A stretch of 64,000 nucleotides of DNA from Tubulanus polymorphus (Eukaryota; Animalia; Nemertea). The stretch spans positions 22,982,299 through 23,046,298 of the forward strand of contig NC_134025.1 in NCBI RefSeq assembly GCF_964204645.1, in the 5' to 3' direction. The notes under the pieces are model-generated. The model made no database searches. It saw only the letters and a program-made list of their open reading frames with translations, and was not told the origin of the DNA. Below are positions 11,796-44,048 of this stretch, one piece after another. How positions within the stretch are numbered: position 1 is the stretch's first letter; every line of letters starts with the position of its first letter. Position numbers and translations under genes: made by a program.

Positions 11796-11932
11796 CCACG
11801 GCGGTATAGCGCGTTGATTTAAATATTCGACACGGCGGCATAGCACACTGATTTGAATATTATACACGGCAGCATAGCGCACTTCGTTTTCATATTCACT
11901 ACAGCACCGTGGGACATATATTTGCATATTCA
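11796..11932. repeat. Degenerate tandem repeat, ~34-bp unit, about 4 copies
   Basis: cacggcRgYatagcRcRYtgatttRaatatt-like unit repeated just upstream of the THUMPD2 ATG. Confidence 0.75.
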
Positions 11933-12024
11933 TCAAGCAGTAGCCTATTCAAGTTTGAGATTGTAACACGTGGACTGATATTATAAGAAAAAGTGACTAT
12001 CTAATAAGTGCTCTGAACTCTCCC

Positions 12025-14627
12025 ATGGATTTTGCCGGGACCACAAGAAACTATTTCATCACGGCTGGACGTGGTACTGAAATATTTGCATCATCAGAGA
12101 TAGAACGAAATGGAATAACGGGATCTGAGGTTAGTCAAACCTTTTGGCCTACAGAGGCTCCCTGGGCCAGCCTGCTAATTTTCTCAAAACAATCACAGAT
12201 GTTGAGGGTGAAAAATCGACAAGGGGTGCTCCATGCATTTCGATTGATTCTATCTTAGACCTGCCGATAAGCTTAATTATATATCTTTCTTTTCTAGTTC
12301 ATTGAAGTAATCGATGGAAAAGTTTTCTTTGAGTCAACTTTAAACACTGAGATTTTGAAATTGACCATTACCGAAAGATTGTTCATTGAGATTACCAGAC
12401 TCAAGAATTTAAGCCTTCCGCGAAATAAAGGTATCCAAATCAGCAATTTTTCAAGTTGTTATGTGAATGGTTTTTTAAATCGAACAGAATAATGTAGTTA
12501 TAAATATGAACATTTACATTTATTATCTTTCAAAGGAAAGTCTTACAAAATATTGAACGATTCACTGGCTGATAAACAAACATGGTTATCCGCTTATTCT
12601 GATTGGCGTTACTATCAATCCACCAGTGAATTAAATGATGATGACGTTGCAGGTAATCAGTTAATTTCATGCTATGGGCCAAATGTTTCTGCACTATGTG
12701 AATGAATTGCTATCAACACTTTAATTTCAGCAAAATCTGGTGAAATTTCAAAACATGCTCTGTTCAGTGGAGAACAACAAAAATGCCCATCAAAAACTTT
12801 GAAGAGAAACGTGGAAGAATGTCATCTTCAGTCAGAATGTTTGACTGATAGAAAAAGAGATTTACCAACATTCAGGGTATCGTGTAAAATTGCAGGGAAA
12901 CATGGCAAAATGTTTAGTAATCATGTAAGTCAGCTATGATTTCAACCAAAAATTCATGAATTTTTGTTTGAACTGATTACAAGTGCATAGTACAAATTAA
13001 TATACTTAAGTCCCCTATTACATTCTATATTCTTTCGTAGGAGTTGTCAAAAATGTTTGGAAAAATAATCTCAGAGAAATCTGGTTGGAAAGTGGACCTT
13101 AAATCTCCTAAGTTAGAGGTAATTGATCGAATTCTTCAAATAGGCCTAGTCTGAACATGGTCGTTTTGATTGCTATGCTTACTGGTAATTTCAGATTTTC
13201 TGTCAGTTAAATGATGACCACTTGTTAATCGGTATACCTTTAACGAAACAGCCCCTTTCTAAGAGATCTTATATTAAGAAAGTGGGTTTGCGATCTACAA
13301 TTGCAGCAATAATGGTGCATGAAGCTAACATACAGGTAAGAACTACTGGTACTAGTAGGGAACATTCAAAAAGTACGTGCACAGGTAAAAAGTACGTGCA
13401 CATGACTGGTACTGGAGGGTACGTGGGTACTAGGACTTGACGATGGCATATGATCTACATAAAAAAGTTTTTCATTGTTGTAATCTGTCCACTGGCGTAG
13501 GCGTAACGCTCAACTAGCATACATAATTTGTAGATCAATAAACTAAGCTGATACTGAAACTAAGGTCATAAGCATTATAGTATGATGTTTGTACACAAGA
13601 TTGGACCTTGAAAAATGCTCTATTTTTTGCGTACATACTTTATGAGCGGTCCTACTTACGTAATCAAATACGTTCCCAATGCACTAACATTCATGCAATG
13701 GTATTTCAAAACTGTTAAATATCTATAAAAATGTACATTATCTATCCACAGGATGGATATACAGTGGTGGACCCAATGTGTGGCAAAGTTACTATTTTAA
13801 TTGAAGCCGCTAAAAAACATAAGGTCAGCACCTATAAAACTTTTTGATATTTGGCAAAATAGGTAGAAATTTATCAATGTTGCCCTATATCAAGTTTTCG
13901 TGTACATTACAGTTTATACCTGGTAATACATGGCAGTATTTTTGCGTTACAGAATGCGCAATTCATTGGCTGTGACTTGTCCTGTTCACAAATACATGAT
14001 GCAGCAGAAAATGTCTTGTATTCTAAGACAAACCACAACATTGAACTCATTCAAGCAGATGTCAAATGTATGAAATCGGCTTTTAATTAATTCCCAATAG
14101 ATTGACTCTCTAAAGTATGGCTAAATCTACAAGGTATTTCTTCCAGGTTTGTCTTTAAAGAGTTCCAGCGTTGACAGTATAGTCTGTGATGTCCCATTTG
14201 GAATGAAACATGGAGATTCGAACTCTGTTATACGCTTGTACCCAGAAATGGTCAAAGAAATGGATAGGTATGTACGTGTATACTCCAACTGCTATTTCTA
14301 CAGAAGCACTGTTAATAATTTGTACATTTAAAATCTGCTATTTTCAGAGTTAGTGTTCCTGGTGGGCGTATCGTGATCCTGACCAGTATGAATTTGCGGT
14401 CACTTCTTCTCAGTTCAGTAACAAAAACTGAACAATCAGAACAACATTCTAGTGCCACGACTACCGGTATGGGCAATATTACCTCGCCGCCATTGGACAA
14501 TGGAGATTCTGAGACTTGCTCGAACTTCAGGGCGAACTGGACAATACTTTCACTCCATTATCTTAAGCTCGGGGAAACTCACGCTTGCCTTTGTGTTTTC
14601 GAGAAAAGATGTTCGGACAAAAGCTAG
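12025..14627 (+). CDS. THUMPD2: THUMP domain-containing protein 2 (RNA m2G methyltransferase)
   Basis: About 10 exons (12025-12129, 12298-12430, 12536-12652, 12731-12924, ~13041-13118, ~13195-13335, ~13752-13823, ~13953-14067, ~14148-14268, ~14348-14627). Motifs YFITAGRGTE, GKVFF, TFRVSCK, GWKVDL, GIPL..PLSKRSY..GLRSTIA, VVDPMCGK.TILIEA, DSIVCDVPFG. Confidence 0.88.
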
Positions 14628-15511
14628 CAGTAATTGCCGAGAACAGTATTACACTTTCCTTGCCTAACTCCGAACAATTTGTATCCACATATTTTGTCAG
14701 AGTCCATAGATATCTTAAGAGATACATGTAGTTTTAAGCATTTGAGTTACTCAGAGATTCATTCGAAAAGGTTAGAATCCATACCAACAACAGAAGTTTG
14801 AAAGAAGACTGCTTTTTAACGAAATATGTAAAAACCTAGGATTTATTTCATTCATTAGATGGTATGATGATAATACAATATTGACAGCTTTTAACCAGTT
14901 CTAAAATGACGAGGTCTTCATATGTTTAAATCGTATTTCAATTCAAAAACTTCAACCAGTGTCATCAACTGCAAGCACAAATTTTCCATCTCTGAAAGAA
15001 TGATTTGGGCTGCATTCATTATTATTATGGAGAACTAAGTTGTAAATGAATATTCAAGTATTAGTGATGTCTTTTTAGCTCACTTGGGGCTATTGCGTTC
15101 ACTTTTCGTATGTCTGTATGAAGTTATGTTGGCAGTTTTGAAGATGCTTCAATGGATTGTCTCGATATTTGGTTGAATATTGAAAATGTCAGATTGGCAA
15201 GCATTTCACCAAACAGCATGGCCACTTTCCACCCATTTACAAATTTCCCCAATTTTTCCATGCGATTACACAAAGAGTGAATCGGAGAAATTTTTAGGTT
15301 TAAATTGTTACAATTCATTCATTTATCATTGATTCACATACCGATGAAGAAACGTGTGATCAATAGCATTATCCAAATTCCAGATTTTTTGTAAAATTTG
15401 TTGAATTCCCTGATTTTTCTGATTCCCTGAGTTTTCCAAGCCAATGGCCACCTGCCAAGTGGGCATGTTATCCCTCGACCCCTAGTAGATGATTTATTAA
15501 GATTGTTATAC

Positions 15512-18500
15512 CTACTCGCTCGTGGCCGATGAGGCTGTCCATTTTAGTTTGTCTCCAACTGGCACAGGTGGGTGGTAAAACATACATGACTCTTTACTGT
15601 TACATGAAATTCCAAACCTACAGGGCTGAAAGTATATAAATATATACAGATTACTAAGTTTATGATATAAAACATGCTCGTGGTGACTAATGGGGAATTT
15701 ATCATACCTTTGGATGAACGAAAGAACAACTCATATTTGTGCATTTTGGGAAAAATTTACAAATATTGCTGTTCCTATGGTTGGCAGACTGTGGAGGTGG
15801 TCTTGGTGGTGGTGGAGCTGAAAAACGAGGATTCACCATTTGAAATGCTGGAAATATAAGCCACATTAACACCATAAATGTTCAATCATAAACCAAAGAT
15901 TTTGATCGAAACGAAAAATTCAATATTTTATAGCGGCTAAATATTATGAACTATCAGTTGTAAATAACATATTTCCTGGAGTTTGTTCTTACGAGGTACC
16001 ACTAGTGGTTTGACCTCACTCAGATATCAAAATTTCGCTTAATTTCTGAACAATTAAATGATTGCATCCTTAAGTGACAGTTTCCTGAAAATTGATTGAG
16101 GCAAATCATTCCATAAAAGTGTACATTGATAATTACCAGTTGCTGCAGCAATAGCTATCGGATTACGTTTACACGCATGTGTATACGGACATTTCACGTT
16201 CGTACAAAACGCATCGAATTTGCAATTCGGATGAATATATAAACATTTATCACCAAATTTACAAAACGGGAATGCTCTGCAAAGAAATGGTGTATACATG
16301 TAATAATTACTGTACTCGCCACATTCAACACAGTGGGTTCATTTTCTTTGATTTATGGTATTCAAGTTGAGAATTCGTGCAATAGTGGCTCTAGGCTAAG
16401 GTTTCAACAAATTCAAAACGTCGTTCTATTTAGAAAGACAAGTCTGTACACTTTTCTCATTAAAATCTCAATTACCGGTACACACAAATCTGGACCTGAA
16501 ACATCTTTCACAGTAAATTCTACCTTAATCAGTAGCAATCGAATACTGAATTGGGTTGATGAAATTGACAAAGTCATAAGTAGATCTTAGCAAAATTCGC
16601 ATTTTTAGTTGACTATGACTACTTCCACAGGCCCGGCTCATATCCGAGCACACCCAAATAACCCATCCTCCCCCGGCAGGGATTCGAACCTTGTGCCATG
16701 TCTGAGTGAAGTGATACCATCAGGTTTGAATCCCTGCTGCGGGAGGATGAAATAACCCAGCTCCATCCAATTTCGCAGATAGTCTTAAGAATAAGTTCAT
16801 AGCATTGAATAGTTCATAGCAATTGAATCAATTCAAGCCGAGTTAACTCATACTTACTTGCAGTGTATGGATGGATGAACGTATTGACAAGTTTCGCTGT
16901 TCTTACACGCCGGCCAAAATCGACACCTTTCGTTTATTGTCTCTTGCACATCCATCGGTTCATCTTCATCTGCTAACACATCTATAGAACCTGGCGAATA
17001 GCGAGTGTACAAAAATCGGATCAAGTTTCACTTGTGGAAACTCGCTGAAAATAACGATTAGACACCTTAAAGAGACTCACCGAATTCAGACTCGGACTGG
17101 TCGTGTTTAGCATAGTTCGAATCTTTGAGTCGGTTAGGGTACGCGGCGGACAACGGAGTTGATGATATAAGCGGCATCGGAAGATAATCGCTACCGGAAT
17201 CGTTATCCTCATCCATACTTTCGCCGACTTCGATGCGGGATGCATCAACACCGTCAAGCGTTACTATGAATTTAGGACTAGGTAAATGTGGATCCATTAC
17301 TTGTGACGTGGACCTCGGTCTAGAACGTAAGAATAACAGACAATATAAAATTTATAATAATTTCCAGTCTAACATTATTTTAGAATTCAAATACGTTCCC
17401 CTGACTCCCTTGGAACAAATTTCATGAAGCACCATTAACTACATAATATTTCAGACCCATTTTTTATGAAATGTTGAGAACTCGTCTCGGAAGGTTTTGT
17501 TTTATGTACACATCCTGATTCACACCTTTCTTTTCTGCGCGGTGATATTTTCGGTATATCCGGCTGGTACGAATACTGATCTGAATGAATGTCCGTATCA
17601 ATTTGTTCAGGTGCGTAAATGTTCTTGCGTTCATACAAATGCTTTTGTTCACAGTTAACGACCACATTTTCCGAATGCAGTAAATGTTCATTCTGGCTAG
17701 TAGTTGTCTCCGATTCCAGTCGTTCGATCACATTTTTTCTTGGTTTCACGGTGGCCACGCGTTCCGTTTTCGGATGCTGAACGATCAGTTCTTGTGAACT
17801 ATCTTGACGTTTTACCGTTTCGCTCGATTGATGATTCTCGTCCTCTTCATAGAAAAGCACGCAGCGATTGTCATCGGGGCTCCAAGCTTTCACTACCAAA
17901 AGATAAACCAAAAACTATATATCAAATACAGGTACTACAAGAAGCATTTTTGGTCCCAAGTGGCTTTCCTTAGCTCTATTTCTATAACTCTTTTTAGATG
18001 GGGGCTAACTATCTGGTTCAGGCTGGTGGCTATACTTTCCAAGAATCATCACAGGCTTCTTCCTCTGCCTTTGGAATGATTGCAACTTAGACTCTTGTTC
18101 CGTTATTGATGAACATCACATTCAGTTTGAGGTCTTCCGAGTTTCCCATACAACGTAGTGTGGTGGTAAATGGCGAGAATTGCTGACCGTTTTAATTGTA
18201 ACCAGTACAAACCTTTCATTGGTGGTTCATCTTCACCTTTAGCAACTTCGATGATTGTCGGGTCTGCTTTGAACTTCAGATCTTCATCCTGCAAGATTCT
18301 GCTCATCAAAGGCGGCTTTGCGAATGAGGATGCCTTCGCAGGAGTTCGACGCCGACGCAAGTTATTATCTTGTTTGCTTATGTCGGGAACGATGTCTTCA
18401 TCTTTCTCTAACAATCAAAAGTAATCAATCCAATTTAAGATATGCTATTCCATTTTCATAACCAGTCTTATTGACAAATGAAACTTAAAATTCAGTAGAA

Positions 18501-21500
18501 GAACAATGCCGAGTACAAAATAGACATTGAAAAATCAGTTGAAATTGACAGTTGAAAAAAAATTGAAAATGATTACGTACTGACAACTTTACTTTTGACT
18601 ACCGACTGGTTTGCTTCTGTCACTGCCTTCATCAGCAAGGATTTACTCGCCTGTCGACTTCGCGGTATCGTTGACCTGTGTCAAAACAAAACAATAATGA
18701 TGACATCAAAAACAGCAGATAAAATCATCAACTTTTCATGGAATCCGAGTACAAAAATCTTAGAAATTTGCACTGATAATAATATTTTTGAAGTACAGTA
18801 TTTTACATATTACCCTAGCATACGTATTATATTTTACTGTTCACTGGGAGAAGTAAAATCCTAGCTACTCAAGTATTGAGCACACAGGCCAATTACTCCT
18901 GGGCGGAGAGAGGCATAAGTATATCTTTCTTGGCTTAGGACACTGAACAAGGTTTGAATATATGAGGCACATAGCTTCACTATTAGGCTTTGCTTCTTTA
19001 TCAGAAGGTACTCACTTTCTTTCTGTGACTTTGATGATACTAGCAACATTTCCTACAGACGGATTTAAAGGATCGTACTCTTCATCTTCTTCTTCAACAT
19101 CTACATAACTTTGCGTTCCTCGCACCGAGCTCTGTAGTTTACGCTTCCTCGTAACGGGGACTTCTCTCGGCTCATCCACCTGGGGCAAAAAAAATATTTA
19201 GGTTCCCAAAGGCTGTATTAAGTTTACAGCCGATAACCGACTACCGGTAAGCGACAATTAAAATGCATTGTTGCTATGCTATCCATCTGGGGCCAGTTGT
19301 TCAAAAGTTGGTTTAAGTGGATAGTTGACATAGTGACAATTAAAAAGTTCATTGATACTATGGTATTCATCTGCCGGTATCTTTAACCAACTTTTGAGCA
19401 ACTAACCCAGATAGTTAAATTTACCCAATTTTTGAGCAACTTGCCCTGACGAAAAACAACTGAATCTTAAGGGCAGCGAAATGATTAAACTCTGATGAAT
19501 AATTACTGTATTTTACGTACATGCTTGCTGTGGGATTTAGAAGGTTTAGCTCGAGTTGGCGATACTTTGACAGTCGCTGCCGTTTGAGATTGGGGAGCAG
19601 TTTCCGGATGCTTCTGAACGGTTCTAGTGTCTGGTTCATCTGTAACAACGCTGGTCGCCTCTTCAGCAAACTCATCTAGCAAATAAACAATGCCAAACAT
19701 ATCCCAATAATATCAAATATAAATTTCAATGCTGATGGCTTTTTAAAAATGATACTACTCATCCCAAAACGTTCAATTGTTGAACGAATAGTACAATTTT
19801 GAATGAGATAATGTTATGAATACCAAGGTAATATCAAATCAAAACTATCTATCAATCCATGTATCCTTAGCTAATGCCTTGTAGCCTTTATGTACAAGTT
19901 CAGTTCATTATGAACACAAATCGCACTGCATTAGAAGCAGTTTCATTTACAAATAAGGCTAAAAAAATTTGATACCCTATTCCTCATTTCTGCTGAGCTT
20001 AAAAGTTGACCCGGCTTATATACCCTGTACATTAATTTTTTTTTCAAATCATGATCAAGCTAACCATAACAGACCCGGAAGTAATAGAAATGAACTGATA
20101 ATAAATTCTATTGCAGTTGACAAAATTACCGGGCCAAGTAGGAGAAACATGGTATCATTTTATTCTAGCCTAATGAATGTAGTGTTTCTTTATTTACTTA
20201 CCAGCATCAGGTTTGAGCACTAACAGCGGTGAACCTTCTCGCTTTGCAGGATTTTTTTCCGTCGATTCTTCTCGATTGCCATCGCTTAATTTCACGCCAT
20301 TATCTTCATGCTTACTCGTCGTCTCATTCGTTGTACTGATATGTCCGTTATCATCGACACGCTGCGCTTTTGTGTCATGATCTTTGTTGTCGTGGGCGTG
20401 CGTTTTTGTCTTCTCCTTTTCGGAACTTTTATCCGTCCTCCGTGATCGTTTTTCTCTCGTAGAAGATTTCTTAACTTTCGCGGAAGATTTTTTGGTCGCT
20501 CTCGCATTGTCTTTATCTTTCTGGGAAGTCGCCGCTGGTTTTTCCGTGCTGGAAGTTGGTTCAGGATCATCTGGAAGATAGAAACGTAAAAAAAATAGGT
20601 GTTGTTTTACTTACAGTTCAGCTGAACCAACAATACCAAGGGATTCATAAGAATAGACTTGCAGCTCAACAGATTCTGTTTAATACTCTAGAATCAAAAT
20701 TAGTTCATTTTCAATTAGGCCTACTTGACTTTTAATACATACATACATAATCAGGGTGGCCACTTTTTTTACACTTACTATTCCCTGACATTTTTTTCCA
20801 TGACTTGATCTGATAACAACCCAATCAATTAACACAGTCAAATACGCGAGACATAGACAGAACCTATTTGATTTTCGGTTCGATCTAGCAATCGAAACAA
20901 ATTCCCTGGCTTTTCATATTTTTTTCACAAAATTCCTTGACTTTTTAAAAGAAATTTCCCTGATTTTTCCCAGGTTTCCAGGTAAGCGGCCACCCTGATA
21001 GTGTTGATTTCGTAACAAAGATCCCGGATTCTCCCGCAGAAAAATGAGTACACAGGTTAACAGAAGATTACTTACCACCTGTAATAGACTGCAACTTATC
21101 AAGGACGCTTGTTAACCTATAAATTTGAAGATAAATTAAATCAAGCATTAATAAACAAGAATAACGTACTGGTAGATTTCTGTGAGCATGATTTTTTGCG
21201 AATTGTACCATGTTGTAAATTTCTCAGTATTTTTGCCAAGAAACAGTTGTAGATCATTTGTCATTTGCTCCTTGGTTTTCTTGTTGGCGACCATAACCAT
21301 GATATAATCCGGAAGTTCATCATCTGAAAATTAACGCAAATACAAAGGAGTTGCTATGGCTATCCCACATAAAGATTTCAAGAATTTCAAATCAAGGCTA
21401 GGCAAATTTAGACCATAAGTTTTAAGGCATGTGAAATAGGAGTGGACCTAGGGGTCACTTCCCACCACAGAACCAGAAATTTTCCAACAAAATTGGGCAC

Positions 21501-22167
21501 CATAAGTAAAATACTGGCACGCCTTTTTTGTTTTAGACGCCCAATTTTGCTCGGATGGGCTTTAGTGAAAATATCTGATCGTGAAACTAAACTTTGAAAA
21601 GCAGAGATAGGTTACTGAATGCAGGTCATACTGACCGCGACATTTGTGCCGTGCATCCTCCCTTGGCAGGGATTCAAACCTGATGCCATCGCTAGAATCA
21701 GCCACAGCTGAGATAAATTTAATGGATAATAACTATACATGGACAACTATAAATCAAATGGTCAGTCGGTGAGGTGTAGCCGTAAGGCCAGAATCATTTA
21801 TATACCTACCAACATAAGCTCCAAGGTCAACTAATTTGGCTTTTATGGCAGACTAAAAAGAAAAGAAATGCATTCTCCTGTAGATGTTGTTTCAAAAAAT
21901 GCTCACTAAATGGCCCTAGCGACAGCGTGTGTCACTGTCAGGTTGATGGAAATGGAATCGGAGATATATGGAGAAGGAAAGTTTTCAACAGTTTGGAGGT
22001 CGATATTAGATCCCTGAATACATTTTTCAATGTGTTGACCATAACGAATCGCTGCACAGTTTTAACCTAAAATGTATTTTGAAAACACAACAGTGATTAG
22101 GACCATCTCATTAAAGATAATTAAGATTTACCCGAATTTTCCGACTTATTTCTGGACCAACTTCCAT
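15512..22167 (-). CDS. ZC3H14: Zinc finger CCCH domain-containing protein 14 (Nab2 ortholog, poly(A)-binding)
   Basis: ATG at 22167: MEVGPEISRKIR|SAIKAKLVDLGAYV|DELPDYIMVMVANKK (PWI-like domain). Middle motifs VASIIKVTERK..SKSLLMKAVTEA and PKFIVTLDG. Tandem CCCH fingers (CRFWPACKN, CRAFPFCKFGDKCLYIHPNCKFDAFC, CKFFPKC, CRFGISC). Ends LKWTASSATSE* (TAG 15514-15512). About 15 exons. Confidence 0.93.
16664..16749. mobile_element. Two inverted fragments of a tRNA-derived SINE head
   Basis: catcctcc..gcagggattcgaacct ... aggtttgaatccctgc..ggaggatg. Contains a B-box GGTTCGAATCC. A related copy is at 21654-21711. Confidence 0.55.
19287..19410. mobile_element. MITE with ~27-bp terminal inverted repeats
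   Basis: ctggggccagttgttcaaaagttggttt ... ttaaccaacttttgagcaactaacccag. Confidence 0.75.
20752..20997. mobile_element. MITE with CAGGGTGGCC terminal inverted repeats and internal TTCCCTGA repeats
   Basis: cagggtggcc...ggccaccctg, flanked by AT on both sides. Partial relatives at ~15400-15454 and ~57742-58012. Confidence 0.75.
21654..21711 (-). mobile_element. tRNA-derived SINE fragment
   Basis: Minus strand ctcagctgtggctgattctagcgatggcatcaGGTTTGAATCCctgccaagggaggatg; same family as 16664-16749. Confidence 0.5.
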
Positions 22168-22667
22168 CTTGGAAATTTGGACTGGTTTAATTCAATTCAA
22201 TACAAATACATGTATTAAGTGGGAATTCTGCTCTGCGGGCCACGGATGCTTGTACTCTAAAGGCGCTTACGAAACAAAATCCTTGTAAATCGAACTGTCG
22301 CACCATCGAACTTTTTTGGGGGGCAGTTCTATCTCAAGATGAGAGACACTTTTTCACCGTGGGGCGAGTGTCCGAAAAACCGCAGAACGGAAAATTCAGT
22401 TAGCACGATCCCCTACCCCGATGTTTTGAAATAGTCCCTCGATTTTACGTCACCATAAAGGGCTATCCCGAAAATACGTCATCAAAATAAGCCAACATAC
22501 TATTTTCGAAAATGATTAAAAAATTCATCTGCACACATATGAAATTGGTATTCCTGATTGTGTTCAATATTTGATACTATCTGCATGATTAGTGTTTGTC
22601 AAAATTTATTAACAACCGAGTTTATTGAGTGGTATATCACTGCGCGCCGCGTAGTACAACACAAAGG
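22168..22667. promoter_or_regulatory. Probable bidirectional promoter ZC3H14/QPCT
   Basis: Divergent starts: ZC3H14 ATG at 22167; QPCT 5'UTR exon ending with AAG|GTGAGT at ~22667, acceptor at 22759, ATG at 22782. Confidence 0.55.
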
Positions 22668-22781
22668 TGAGTGAGAAGGCATGTGGAGCTGTCATCGTGA
22701 TGAAGAAGTTTCAGTTGCTGCTGTAAAATTGGCCTTTTACTGTTGTTCGATTTACGTAGGGCTAATTCGATAGTGGTGACA

Positions 22782-41817
<19,036 letters not shown>

Positions 41818-44019
41818 GATGAGTCCCATCTTGCACGAAATATGGATTGTCTTCTAACTCGACCTTCTCTGTATATGTACTCGAGTTTCATGTACATCAT
41901 TTTCATTCGATTAGTGTTTTCGTGATCTATCGCTTTATTTGTTCGTGATACACATATCTTTATTTGAGTGGGTTGAAAATTGTTTTTGACAGTTATTTAT
42001 TTTGAATGTTTTGTTTTTTGCTGTACATTATTGGCACGGCTAGTTTGCATTAGTCACACTCGAGTTAAAGAATTAAACCTAGAAATTTTAGAATATTGAA
42101 AGCAAAGTACTCTTGATAAGGGAGATTAGATGAAATTAAGTAAATTTCATTTTTTATCATATATGATATATCAAAAAGCCATGACGCGAAATCAAAAAGC
42201 AGACTTGTTTGTGCATTTAAGCAAACATGTTTTTTTAGTTGTTTATTTTATCAAGTGAACTCAGCTGCCTGATTCTGAGCTATTCAAGAGTCGGAATGAA
42301 TATTCCTGGATATAGTGGATATATTGAAAAGTTTCTTATTTCCCTAGTAGCTAATAGTTTAGGGTTTCTCAGTCATGCATTATATTATCAAATCAGGATA
42401 ATGGTTAGATTTGTGAATATGTGCCGAGGGCTGCTGATTTTCTGACATATCTTTTTGTACTTATTTTGTGCAAGGTGGGTGCGGTGATTTTACATTGACT
42501 TACGGCAAAAATGAATTTGTCTTTAATCGCATTGAAATTGTAGCTTCACATAGAGTGTTTTGATCATGAGTTTCTTCATATTTGTACAGTACTTCAGCTC
42601 TTCAGTAAATGACTTGACTTCTACTGCTAACTAAAGACCATTGTTATAGATGATAATGGAGCAAGAACTATTTGACAAAGATCGTTGTGGTTTTTGGAGC
42701 CTCTCACCAATTAACATCACGATCCAGTTCGAATGCTTGAATTAACTAATCAAGTATTTGATTGAGAATTGAATTCAGAGTTTCTAAAGTTTTGTGAAAC
42801 CTTGGCAATCAAGCATAATCTTGCAACTGAAATAACAGTTGATGGAAAATACCTTCATTACGTTGATTATCTGCTTACCAAACACATGTCTTTAGATATT
42901 CAATAGCTTTCTGTCTGTCTTAAGAAAGTCCATTGTCTTCATCAACTGTTTTAAGAATCAGGGGCTTTGATTGTGGTAACAGATATATATATTTGTATAA
43001 TATAAGCAGTGTATATAATATGTACTTGTATCATGTTAGGTACATGGAAAAAAATAAAAGAATATTGCAATTATTTTAAACTACGCTTGATTTTTCTTTA
43101 GTTTTCTCTTGCTCAAGTGGATGGATGTTGACATGGTACCTCAAGGAAATTAATTTGAATTAACTATAATTATGGTATCTCATTATTCCATTGTCCTTTC
43201 CTCGTGTGTGAGCAGCTATTTATCAGGGGGTGGTCCTGACCCTTGCTTTCCCATATATGTGGCCCTTTTCGTCATGACAGAGATCATTAAAACCTGTAGA
43301 TTTGACACTCGTCCTCTCGGAAATTGCAACCTTTAGGATGGATTTCTTCAAAAATATCTAAAACCAAGAGCAGGACCCCAATAGAAGCCTCTGCCACTGC
43401 TTTATCCGAGAAATGCCTTTTATTCTGGACTCTGGTTAACAGATTATGATGATAAATCCAAGATGGGAATTCTGGAATCAAAACCTGCCTGACAGTATCC
43501 AGACGAGGTAGAGATCTTCCTAGATCGAAACAAAAAGATTTGCAATGAACTCAATTAGACGAACAACATATTTGTTAAAAAATTAACTTATATTATTCAA
43601 TTATCTACCATTGAACTGTACAAAATGCATTCATCAAACAGTAAAAATATTAAAATGGCAACTAAAAATGATGTACGGGTACATGTATTTCATGGCAAGT
43701 CTTTAAATCTATTTAGCATGCATGAACCATACAGCCCTTCTACCGATAGACTGAAACCATAAATTGCATGTGCTAAAGTATGGAGAAATAATGCTTGATA
43801 ACTATTAGGCGTAGTCATACCAAATTTATCAAAATTCTTCAAAAAGATCTTCATTTATGGTACAAAGATGAATGCGCAGAAGCATGTTATCATCATCTTT
43901 TCTGATCTGAATAGGCCTTTGCCATATTCATATTACAGTCACCTCGCAAATACTGGCTAAGTATCAAGCTATGTGTTCTTACATTTTTGCAAACATAAAT
44001 TGATAACTAAAAAGTCATG

Positions 44020-44048
44020 ATATATATTTATATATATATATATATATA
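44020..44048. repeat. (TA)n microsatellite
   Basis: Direct reading; lies in the probable SRF 3'UTR. Confidence 0.9.

Noticed and set aside
11796-11932. Possible CRISPR-like array
   Set aside because: Contiguous diverging tandem units without unique spacers, eukaryotic context, no cas genes
12431-12440. GTATCC donor as a possible U12-type intron in THUMPD2
   Set aside because: Continues AAAT rather than TT, and no TCCTTAAC branch site is seen
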